32,000 nt of DNA from Puniceicoccales bacterium (GCA_031283585.1 JAITBP010000011.1:30001-62000), one strand, 5' to 3'. Shown: positions 8,909-16,063, counted from the first letter of the stretch. Numbers and translations are program-made. Notes: generated by a model from the sequence alone, not told the origin.

Positions 8909-8937
8909 TTGAGTTTCATTATATTTACAGTTAGATT
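8909..8937 (+). promoter_or_regulatory. Putative sigma70-type promoter for the small-basic-protein gene (TTGAGT-17 nt-TAGATT)
   Basis: TTGAGT at 8909-8914, a 17-nt spacer, and TAGATT at 8932-8937. The predicted transcript start near 8944 lies downstream of the first ATG (8940), which favours the ATG at 8964. Confidence 0.35.
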
Positions 8938-8963
8938 CGATGACATTTAGTGTGATTTGTGAT

Positions 8964-9122
8964 ATGACTCAACATTCAAGTTTTAAACGGGCCGGTTCAA
9001 GTGTGGGCAGTAAGCGCAGTGTGCTCAAAAGGTTAGAGAGAGTGGATTTGCTGCGGAAACGAAATCAGTGGAAGGAGGGCAGAAGGCTGTTTGGCTTGCC
9101 CAAAACCAAGCCAGAGGAGTAG
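8964..9122 (+). CDS. Small basic protein (about 53 aa, Lys/Arg-rich, GLPK C-terminal motif)
   Basis: MTQHSSFKRAGSSVGSKRSVLKRLERVDLLRKRNQWKEGRRLFGLPKTKPEE. From memory this resembles the conserved 'small basic protein' family of the Planctomycetes/Verrucomicrobia/Chlamydiae group (H.S.K......KRNVLKR.ER.......W......GLPK). The ORF track start of 8940 is probably too long. Confidence 0.55.
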   Translation: MTQHSSFKRAGSSVGSKRSVLKRLERVDLLRKRNQWKEGRRLFGLPKTKPEE

Positions 9123-9133
9123 CTGATTTGGTT

Positions 9134-9421
9134 ATGGTTCATTCTCAACGGGAATGGTGTTTTTGCGTTTTCTGGACTTTCTGTGCTTTTTATGTTTTTT
9201 ATGTTTTTTTGCCGGTGTCTTGTTTTGGAAGCGGTGACGCTTTGTTTGTTGTAGTCCAGGAAGATGCAGATCATGTTCTGGCTGCTGGCTGTTTTGACAC
9301 GGTTCCTTTATTTCTGCAAACGGAGAATAACTATGCATTAAAACTGGAAAGGCCAAGCCATGAAGATGATATTATCGTTCCATTAGAGCATGATATAGAG
9401 TTGTTTCCAGATTTTGAGTAG
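9134..9421 (+). CDS. Candidate small membrane-anchored acidic protein (95 aa), unverified
   Basis: An ATG at 9134 inside track ORF 9068..9421. Cys/aromatic-rich hydrophobic segment WCFCVFWTFCAFYVFYVFLPVSCF, then an acidic tail ending DIELFPDFE. The stop TAG at 9419-9421 lies 1 nt before the tsaD ATG. The hydrophobic part coincides with T-rich repeats, so it may be non-coding. Confidence 0.25.
   Translation: MVHSQREWCFCVFWTFCAFYVFYVFLPVSCFGSGDALFVVVQEDADHVLAAGCFDTVPLFLQTENNYALKLERPSHEDDIIVPLEHDIELFPDFE
9157..9228. repeat. Degenerate G-T4-7-NN periodic tract
   Basis: GTGTTTTTGC GTTTTCTG GACTTTCTGT GCTTTTTAT GTTTTTTAT GTTTTTTTGCC GGTGTCTTGTTTTGG, on the same strand and of the same flavour as the 8844-8884 repeat. 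Begins 35 nt after the small-basic-protein stop. Confidence 0.6.
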
Positions 9422-9422
9422 T

Positions 9423-10433
9423 ATGAATATTATTGGAATCGAGAGTTCCTGCGATGACAGTTGTGTGGCTGTTTTTTCCGGAAAATCTGGTATTATTTTT
9501 GAGCGTAAGATATCGCAACTGGCTGTACATAAAAGGTTTGGAGGTGTAGTTCCGGAATTAGCTGCTCGGGCCCATGTGGATAATTTCGCTCCATTGCTCT
9601 ATGAACTGAAGAAAAATGGGTATTTGGATCTAAGGTTCAGAGTAGCAGTCACCTATGGGCCTGGGTTGGCTGCTTCACTGAGTTTGGGCATCGCATTTGC
9701 GAACACCATTTCTGCGATGTTTCGCAGCGAGATCTGCGGCGTCAATCATTTGAGAGGCCATGCATTTTCGCCATTTATATCGATATTTCCAGCACAAATT
9801 GATGATTTTTTGCCACATCTAGGCTTACTGGTATCCGGTGGAAATACGATTTTGTTTGAGATTTGCGATAGTTTCGAGATCAAAGTTCTTGCCGAGACCG
9901 TCGACGATGCGGCTGGAGAAGCTTTCGATAAGGGTGCTAAGTTATTGGGACTGAGGTATCCAGGTGGTCCGGAGATAGAAAAACTGGCCCAGAATGGGGA
10001 TCGGAATGCATTCAAATTTCCGCGGGCATTTTTTGGCAAGGATGCCATGAAGTTTAGTTTTTCCGGGTTGAAAACCAGCCTTCGATATATGCTGGAAAAA
10101 ATCGCCGATGACGAGGTGTTTGCAAAGGAGCTCCCGAATATTTGTGCGAGTTATGAGGCGGCCATAGTGGATGCGTTGGTCGACAAAGTTGCGGTGGCGT
10201 TGGACAATAAAAGATATGTCAGTATTGGTGTTTCCGGCGGAGTATCTAATAACATGTTGCTGCGTAACAAGTTGACAAATTTGGCCCGGGCCTGTGAAAT
10301 AAAATTGCTTTTGCCGGAGTTGAAATATACCGAGGACAATGCTGCTATGATAGCCTTTGCAGCGCATGTAGATGGCGCCCATACGCTGGCCGATGTTAAA
10401 AATTTCAACACCGGATTAAAGATTTACAGTTGA
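9423..10433 (+). CDS. tsaD: tRNA N6-adenosine threonylcarbamoyltransferase TsaD
   Basis: MNIIGIESSCDDS N-terminus, metal-binding VNHLRGH, and the LLVSGGNT and GVSGGVSNN motifs of the Kae1/TsaD ASKHA fold. The ATG at 9423 is preferred over the TTG at 9414. Confidence 0.9.
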   Translation: MNIIGIESSCDDSCVAVFSGKSGIIFERKISQLAVHKRFGGVVPELAARAHVDNFAPLLYELKKNGYLDLRFRVAVTYGPGLAASLSLGIAFANTISAMFRSEICGVNHLRGHAFSPFISIFPAQIDDFLPHLGLLVSGGNTILFEICDSFEIKVLAETVDDAAGEAFDKGAKLLGLRYPGGPEIEKLAQNGDRNAFKFPRAFFGKDAMKFSFSGLKTSLRYMLEKIADDEVFAKELPNICASYEAAIVDALVDKVAVALDNKRYVSIGVSGGVSNNMLLRNKLTNLARACEIKLLLPELKYTEDNAAMIAFAAHVDGAHTLADVKNFNTGLKIYS

Positions 10434-11216
10434 TCACTTTCTTGGTGTGCAAAAACCTTTGGGTGCTTGATTTTTGAAAAAATTCAGAAATTGAATCGTT
10501 TCTTTGTGCTTTATCTTATTGTCGGAGAGCAACTTTTCGGCACGCTCGCCCAGTTTTCCTGACATTTTTTTGAATATAGTGACGAAATATTCCGACAGTT
10601 CGCTGATTGCTGCCGAGGTTACGCCACGGCGACCTAGGCCTACGAAATTTAACCCTATGAGTTCGTTTCGGTTAGCGACTATGCAGTAGGGCGGAACATG
10701 TTTGGATGTGCCGGAAATTCCACTGACTATCGTGCCGATACCCAGGAGGCATCCCTGATGAATGGCCGAATTACCTCCGATGAAGCAGTCATTTTGCAGG
10801 TGTACGTGCCCGCCGAGCAAAGCATTATTCGCGAGAATGACGTTGTTTTCGAGGACGCAATCGTGGCCCACATGGGAACAGGCCATGAGTAGGCAGTCGT
10901 TCCCAACCCATGTTGATTTATCTTTTGCCGAGGCTGCACTAAGCGTAACATGTTCTCGCACAACGGTGTTATCTCCTATCGTAACGGTGCCAATGTTGTT
11001 TAGGTCAACATTGGTTATCTGCGGAAGGCCACCTATGGAAGAAAAACTGTCAAGGAGACAGTTATTTCCAACAGTGCAACGACTTATAATACAATGGGAC
11101 CGGATGACCGTGCCATTTCCTAATTTAACACCTTCTCCTATAACTGAATAGGGCCCAATCGACACATCTTCTCCCAGGACGACGGAATCGCTAACTATAG
11201 CAGATGAATGTATCAT
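10434..11216 (-). CDS. lpxA: Acyl-ACP--UDP-N-acetylglucosamine O-acyltransferase
   Basis: 260 aa. MIHSSAIV start, left-handed beta-helix hexapeptide repeats, and the HVGHDC...ILANNALLGGHV...IGG.SAIHQ...DVPPY-like core (here KHVPPY), collinear with E. coli LpxA. Confidence 0.9.
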   Translation of the reverse strand: MIHSSAIVSDSVVLGEDVSIGPYSVIGEGVKLGNGTVIRSHCIISRCTVGNNCLLDSFSSIGGLPQITNVDLNNIGTVTIGDNTVVREHVTLSAASAKDKSTWVGNDCLLMACSHVGHDCVLENNVILANNALLGGHVHLQNDCFIGGNSAIHQGCLLGIGTIVSGISGTSKHVPPYCIVANRNELIGLNFVGLGRRGVTSAAISELSEYFVTIFKKMSGKLGERAEKLLSDNKIKHKETIQFLNFFKNQAPKGFCTPRK

Positions 11217-11236
11217 ACAAAACCGATTAACGAATT

Positions 11237-12295
11237 CTAAGCAAACTGGTTTAAGAATCTTAAGTCATTCTGATAGAACATCCTAACATCATCAATGCCC
11301 TGTAGTAACATCGCGATCCTTTCCAGACCAACGCCGAAGGCGAACCCTGACAGTTGGTTGTAATCGTAGCCAACAGCCTTAAATACTTCTGGATCAACCA
11401 TCCCGCAACCAAGCACCTCTATCCATTTATTACTCAGCGTTCCCAGGTTCTGTGACAGCATATCCACTTCGAAACTTGGTTCGGTAAATGGGAAAAAACT
11501 TGGCCGTAGCCTAACCTTTATGTTATCGCCAAAAAGACCACGTAGCAAAAAACCAAGAGTCGCTTTCAAATCACAAACCGTAACGCCCTCAGCTACATAG
11601 AGGCCTTCGCACTGGTGAAAATTTGCACTGTGCGTCGCATCAACCGTGTCTCGCCGGAATGTCCTTCCTGGCGCAATTATTTTCAGTGGTGGCTTCTCCT
11701 TTAACATGGTCCTGATCTGAACCGTGGAAGTATGAGAACGCAGTAAGTAGCGCTCGGTTAGATGCTTACTGGTCGATGACACCCTAATATCATCCTGGAG
11801 AAAGAACGTATCCATCTCGTCCCGGGCTGGATGGTTTTCAGGTGTATTAAGTGCTTCAAAGCAAAACCATTCGGTTTCAATTTCGGTTTCACGAGCCAGG
11901 GTGAATCCGATGCTACTGAAAATTTCTTCGATTTTCCTTTGAGCCTGGGTGATTGGATGCAGTGTCCCTCCGGAAGCATATCCGTCAATGGAAAACTCAA
12001 CCTGTTCTGTTTCAAGCTTTTTTGTAAATTCAGAAGCTTCGATTTCCTCGGCCTTTTCAGCCACAAGCCGCTCTAACTCGATCTTTATATTGTTTATAAC
12101 CTTCCCGGCGGGTGGTCTCTCGTTTACTGGCAAAGAAGCAAGACTCTTCATAGCCAGGCGAATAACTCCCTGGTTACCAAAGATTTTCGTCCTCAGCTGG
12201 TCTATTTCCAAAAAAGATGTAACACCAGCAACTTCCTGCTTCAGGTCATCAGCGAGTGCAACCAACGAAGCCATATCTACCGCATTCGGAGTCAT
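11237..12295 (-). CDS. pheS: Phenylalanine--tRNA ligase alpha subunit
   Basis: 352 aa. HPARDEMDTFF, GRTFRRD and the class II motif 3 GFAFGVGLERIAML. Follows rplT by 24 nt. Confidence 0.95.
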   Translation of the reverse strand: MTPNAVDMASLVALADDLKQEVAGVTSFLEIDQLRTKIFGNQGVIRLAMKSLASLPVNERPPAGKVINNIKIELERLVAEKAEEIEASEFTKKLETEQVEFSIDGYASGGTLHPITQAQRKIEEIFSSIGFTLARETEIETEWFCFEALNTPENHPARDEMDTFFLQDDIRVSSTSKHLTERYLLRSHTSTVQIRTMLKEKPPLKIIAPGRTFRRDTVDATHSANFHQCEGLYVAEGVTVCDLKATLGFLLRGLFGDNIKVRLRPSFFPFTEPSFEVDMLSQNLGTLSNKWIEVLGCGMVDPEVFKAVGYDYNQLSGFAFGVGLERIAMLLQGIDDVRMFYQNDLRFLNQFA

Positions 12296-12319
12296 AAAAG
12301 TGATGCACAGTGGAATTAG

Positions 12320-12685
12320 TTATAGTCCATGGCAAAGAGATGCTTTGGCTTTTTCAACAATGGCTTTAAACATGGAATGGTCATTTATTGCCATTTCACT
12401 CAATGACTTACGGTCGAGATTAATCTGAGCTAGCCTGAGGCCAGCAATAAACCGACAGTACTGCATACCCAGTTCACGGCAGGCTGCATTGAGCCTAATT
12501 ATCCATAGTTGGCGCATCTGCGTCTTATGTTTTTTTCTGTCTCGATAGGCAAATTTACCAGCCCGGTAAACCTGTTCCTTGGCGTATCTATACAACCTTG
12601 ATTTATTGCCGAAATATCCACGCGCCATCTTCAAAACCCGCTTTCTGCGTTTTCTTGTAGCTACGGCATTTGTCACTCTTGGCAT
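12320..12685 (-). CDS. rplT: 50S ribosomal protein L20
   Basis: MPRVTNAVATRKRRKRVLKMARGYFG...YRDRKKHK..MRQLWI.R.NAA. Preceded by a perfect AAGGAGG (12691-12697) 5 nt upstream of the ATG at 12685. The track start of 12715 is too long. Confidence 0.95.
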   Translation of the reverse strand: MPRVTNAVATRKRRKRVLKMARGYFGNKSRLYRYAKEQVYRAGKFAYRDRKKHKTQMRQLWIIRLNAACRELGMQYCRFIAGLRLAQINLDRKSLSEMAINDHSMFKAIVEKAKASLCHGL

Positions 12686-12753
12686 ACTTTCCTCCTTATC
12701 TGTAACCGAATACAATCGGATATAACTGACCTAACATCTTTTTAACCAACGCA

Positions 12754-12948
12754 TTAAAGTCCAACGGCTATGGCTCCTAATATTCGCTTGGAAAACCCTG
12801 CCGAGGCCGGATGATCGTGTCTGGCAAATCTCCTTTGCTTTACAGTCTTGTTTCTCAGGAAATGCCTATGGCCAGAAGTTCTGCGTAGTACTTTGCCACT
12901 TTTGGTCACCTTAAACCTCTTTACGATGGATTTGTTAGTCTTCTGCAT
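12754..12948 (-). CDS. rpmI: 50S ribosomal protein L35
   Basis: MQKTNKSIVKRFKVTKSGKVLRRTSGHRHFL..KT.KQRR, the typical L35 pattern. The ATG at 12948 fits the family better than 12966. Confidence 0.9.
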   Translation of the reverse strand: MQKTNKSIVKRFKVTKSGKVLRRTSGHRHFLRNKTVKQRRFARHDHPASAGFSKRILGAIAVGL

Positions 12949-13043
12949 AAAACTTTGTATACTCAATGCATTTTAACCAAAGTTGTAAAGCATTTTCTTT
13001 AATAAATAAAATATAAAATTTTTCGAGCAGATACCTCGGTATT

Positions 13044-13826
13044 TTAGTATGCAGAGACTTTCTGTCTTGGCAATCTGTTTATTGTGGAGGTAATTTCGAA
13101 ATAGCGCAAAAAATCGACACCAAATCTATCTATGGAAAGATTCAGTTGCCATACCTCTATTCCTTTTTTCATTGAATCCTTCATGGCCTGGAATATTTCC
13201 GTGTTATATTTACTTGGTGGCGGAGGGACAAACTTTGGTGCATCAAACACAAAGCAGGTTAGTAGAATGGCTCGATTATTTTTCTCCAGACTGTTGCCTA
13301 GTTCCTGGACATGTTTAATGAATCGATCCAAGGTCATCAGTCCATGGTTCGGTAACTCCTCTCCTGGCTTTATAAATAGATGGATGAGTGGCATTTTGAC
13401 TTCGATGTAGGTATTTCCTACGCAAAAATCCAACCTTGAGGAGCCAAGAATTTGTTCCCGAAGGACCGGTTCCCCTGGCGGAGCCAGGTTTTCAAGTCGG
13501 CCGGTTTTCAAAAAATATTCCACATATTTGTTTACGGCGGTTTGATTAATCCCGATCCAATTTTTTTTTGGATTATCGATGGTGTCCAGGGAAAATGCTT
13601 CCACGGTGTAATTGGTTTTACGGTGGCTATTGTTGGATTTAGAAAGCAGACAGGGCACATTGCTGAAGACGATTTTACCAACTTTTCCGGTGGTGGGACA
13701 ATGGCATTTTTCTATTTTTCCTTCGATCTCCACATACATCAGAAAACGACTTGGCCTGGATTTTATGATTCCTTCGGTCAAAGGAGTACTAAATTTAAAT
13801 CCAGAAGAATCATACGAAGGCTTCAT
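13044..13826 (-). CDS. sfsA: SfsA-family DNA/sugar-fermentation stimulation protein (nuclease-like fold)
   Basis: From Met-46 of the track ORF: F..PL.EG.I..R.SRFL..VEIEGK.E.CHCPTTG......N.P.....S.....RKT.Y..E....., then SRLDF...NTYIEVK, collinear with E. coli SfsA. The upstream 45 codons of the track ORF overlap the tmRNA gene and are rejected. Confidence 0.8.
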   Translation of the reverse strand: MKPSYDSSGFKFSTPLTEGIIKSRPSRFLMYVEIEGKIEKCHCPTTGKVGKIVFSNVPCLLSKSNNSHRKTNYTVEAFSLDTIDNPKKNWIGINQTAVNKYVEYFLKTGRLENLAPPGEPVLREQILGSSRLDFCVGNTYIEVKMPLIHLFIKPGEELPNHGLMTLDRFIKHVQELGNSLEKNNRAILLTCFVFDAPKFVPPPPSKYNTEIFQAMKDSMKKGIEVWQLNLSIDRFGVDFLRYFEITSTINRLPRQKVSAY

Positions 13827-13916
13827 AGGACATACAACACCCAATCCGACCGGAAGTAAATTGATAAGTAATGTTTTGTAAATCCTAATTTTGGTGATTG
13901 AGCTACATTTAAGCCC

Positions 13917-14293
13917 TGGTGGAGGTGGCGGGAATTGAACCCGCGTCCTGCAAAATTTCAAATGATGTGTCTACGCATGTAGTCGATAATCTGGTTCATT
14001 GGTGTGAATCCATCGACAAATTCACACCAACTAGCACACAGTCTAATTACATTATGGTCCTGGGTGCCCGGCCATAATGTTTCTCGCTGTTCACACACCG
14101 AGCCGGCTTTAGCGAGAATCGAACCGGTCGACGTGCCGCAATTAAGCAGCAAGTGCGACAGCTTCGTCACCGAAGTTAGCCGCTATGACATTATCTTTGC
14201 CATTTATATCTTTCGATGGATTTTTACGGAGCCAACCATCATCTCCGATACGCAACATCAATCTACGCTTCACAGTCGAAACCAAACACCCCC
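13917..14293 (-). ncRNA. ssrA: tmRNA (SsrA), one-piece, CCA encoded
   Basis: Minus-strand 5' end GGGGGUGUUUGGUUUCGACUG. The 3' end is GCGGG-UUCAAUU-CCCGC-CACCUCC-A-CCA. The acceptor pairs GGGGGUG with CACCUCC and includes the G3:U alanine identity pair. Internal tag frame GGC AAA GAT AAT GTC ATA GCG GCT AAC TTC GGT GAC GAA GCT GTC GCA CTT GCT GCT TAA (14201..14142) = GKDNVIAANFGDEAVALAA*. Confidence 0.9.
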
Positions 14294-14301
14294 GATCAAA
14301 A

Positions 14302-14375
14302 TGGTGCGGGCAGACGGAATCGAACCGACGACACCAACTTGGAAGGCTGAAGTTTTACCGCTAAACTATGCCCGC
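14302..14375 (-). tRNA. tRNA-Gly (anticodon TCC), CCA encoded
   Basis: The reverse complement folds as acceptor GCGGGCA/TGCCCGC, D arm GTTT-AGCGGT-AAAC, anticodon arm TCAGC-CTTCCAA-GTTGG, T arm GTCGG-TTCGATT-CCGTC (G49:C65, U50:U64 mismatch, C51:G63, G52:C62, G53:C61), then A+CCA. Its 3' end lies 8 nt upstream of the tmRNA 5' end. Confidence 0.9.
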
Positions 14376-14429
14376 AATAACTATCGTTATAGTTTAGTTT
14401 GCTATGCCATGGTCAAGATTTTTCTTAAC

Positions 14430-15644
14430 CTATAGCCCAAGCTTTTCTAGCGTATCCTTGATTCTATTCCCGATGACCGGCTGCCAGTTTCTTATGCTGA
14501 ATAAATCTCTTTTTTCTGCCAAATCTTTGGTAGATTTTCTGTATTCAATAATTATTGTCTCACCGGCTTTGATCTTCTTTTTTATGTCCTGGCTATATTT
14601 TGGTGTAAATTTTTTTGGCAGGCCATACCAGGTCCACTCTATGTCCCAGGCTATCAAGCTGTTGGTTGGATCTAGCTTTTTGTCCAGTAGTTTGTTGTAT
14701 TTTTCAACAAAATATGGTATTTTGTCCGAAAATGTTCTGGTGACGAATGCCGTTGGTTCCTTTTCCAGGACCGAGGCAATGCTGTTTCCATTGTTTAGTG
14801 CCCTGAGCATCGGGATAGGATCCGTGCCAATGAGATTTAATCCGTTCCATTCGCCATGGAAATTTTTATCATCGGGTCCATAGGTTTTATCATACCAGTT
14901 TTGAAAGCTATCTCGATTGCCTAGTTGCAGGTCGATTTCGAAGTGTAAATGTGCTAAATTTTTGTCTATTTTAAAAACATTTGATGTGGTGCCGATGGTA
15001 CCGATGGATTGGCCACATTTTATAGGACTGCCTTGCTTGATATTATCCTGGATCTTGCTCAGATGGGCATAGAGTGAACAAATTTTGATGTCTAGACAGC
15101 TGTGTTCCACTATCACATATTTTCCGTAGCTGCTATTGGAAGTCTGGTTGTTTATATAGGCTACAACACCATCTTTGATGCATAGTACATTATCGATCGG
15201 ATTGTTTGCTAAGTCCCGCTTGAACGACCTGATGTCGATGCCTTCATGGTATTTGGTGTTGTTCTCTCTGACAAACCCAAAGCCACCGGATTCAAATCTT
15301 CCTGATTCGGTGGGCTGCAGGTACTTTTCCGGGAAATCCATGTCTCTAAGAAAGCAACTATCCGTGGGCCAGGATAGAACAGCGATGGGTTTGGCTGTGC
15401 CATTAGTTTGTCGGCTTGGTGGGGCTGAAATTTTCGTGGTTACATCAGCCATTTCTGTGGCGAAAATACCCTGGTCCAGTTCGGTGACCAGGGATCTTGG
15501 TTTTGGCAATGGGGCCGTGTTTTGGGACGACACTTCTGTGGAATGCAACGAGTTATTGATGGCTGTGCCACATGAAGTCGCCAGTATACCCACCAGTATG
15601 AATAATACCTGGCTGGATTTAAATATTTTCAGAATCGTGTTCAT
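14430..15644 (-). CDS. M23-family metalloendopeptidase, probable lipoprotein
   Basis: 404 aa. Signal sequence MNTILKIFKSSQVLFILVGILATSCG with a lipobox-like ATS|C. M23 zinc motifs YHEGIDI and AHLHFEI, plus SLYAHLS. An extra C-terminal domain of about 150 aa has unknown function. Confidence 0.8.
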   Translation of the reverse strand: MNTILKIFKSSQVLFILVGILATSCGTAINNSLHSTEVSSQNTAPLPKPRSLVTELDQGIFATEMADVTTKISAPPSRQTNGTAKPIAVLSWPTDSCFLRDMDFPEKYLQPTESGRFESGGFGFVRENNTKYHEGIDIRSFKRDLANNPIDNVLCIKDGVVAYINNQTSNSSYGKYVIVEHSCLDIKICSLYAHLSKIQDNIKQGSPIKCGQSIGTIGTTSNVFKIDKNLAHLHFEIDLQLGNRDSFQNWYDKTYGPDDKNFHGEWNGLNLIGTDPIPMLRALNNGNSIASVLEKEPTAFVTRTFSDKIPYFVEKYNKLLDKKLDPTNSLIAWDIEWTWYGLPKKFTPKYSQDIKKKIKAGETIIIEYRKSTKDLAEKRDLFSIRNWQPVIGNRIKDTLEKLGL

Positions 15645-15990
15645 TTTTTGTAACGTATCCAGAGTCCTGTCTCTGGTGATTTACTCGATTTTTCTTACAA
15701 TAAATATCATAAAGGTCGTCGGAGGTCATGCCAACGGCCTGGGCCATTGCTATCAAAAAATGGAATAGATCTATAATTTCCACCCGGGCATTTTGTTCAT
15801 TAAATACCTGATATTTGGCCCACCATTTCCACGGTACAGAGTCGATAAGCTCTGCAAGTTCTTGCTGCATAGCTCTTGAGTAATTTAAAATCCACTTTAT
15901 TTTACCCTGTTCATCCAGAGCCTCGTTGTTAAGGCCGATCCGTCCGGTGAGTATGGTCTGCATCTCAAACATGTGATCCAATTTATCCAT
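15619..15990 (-). CDS. Dimeric (all-alpha, dUTPase_2 / MazG-like superfamily) dUTP diphosphatase
   Basis: L..MF.MQ..L, E..EL......WKWW...........E.IDLFHFL..........D....Y..KN..N..RQ..GY, the pattern I recognise for dimeric dUTPases. The ATG at 15990 is preferred over the TTG at 16035. The 3' end overlaps the M23 gene start by 26 nt. Confidence 0.65.
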   Translation of the reverse strand: MDKLDHMFEMQTILTGRIGLNNEALDEQGKIKWILNYSRAMQQELAELIDSVPWKWWAKYQVFNEQNARVEIIDLFHFLIAMAQAVGMTSDDLYDIYCKKNRVNHQRQDSGYVTKNEHDSENI

Positions 15991-16063
15991 TTTTTTAAAA
16001 AATGGCTTTACGCCGAATTTTGCAAATAAAAACAATAGGACCTAGGAGATAAAAATGCAATCA

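Noticed and set aside
9168-9186. A GAAAGTCC string on the minus strand, reminiscent of the RNase P RNA GGAAAGUCC core.
   Set aside because: Only 8 nt match. The flanking sequence is a T/A-rich repeat with none of the conserved P4 pairing partners or other RNase P elements.
13827-14435. The N-terminal 45 codons of track ORF 13044..13961, plus ORFs 13958..14170 and 14004..14435.
   Set aside because: They overlap the tmRNA and tRNA-Gly genes. The SfsA homology begins at the internal Met (13826), and the PPPPP stretch is the translated tmRNA acceptor/T-arm.
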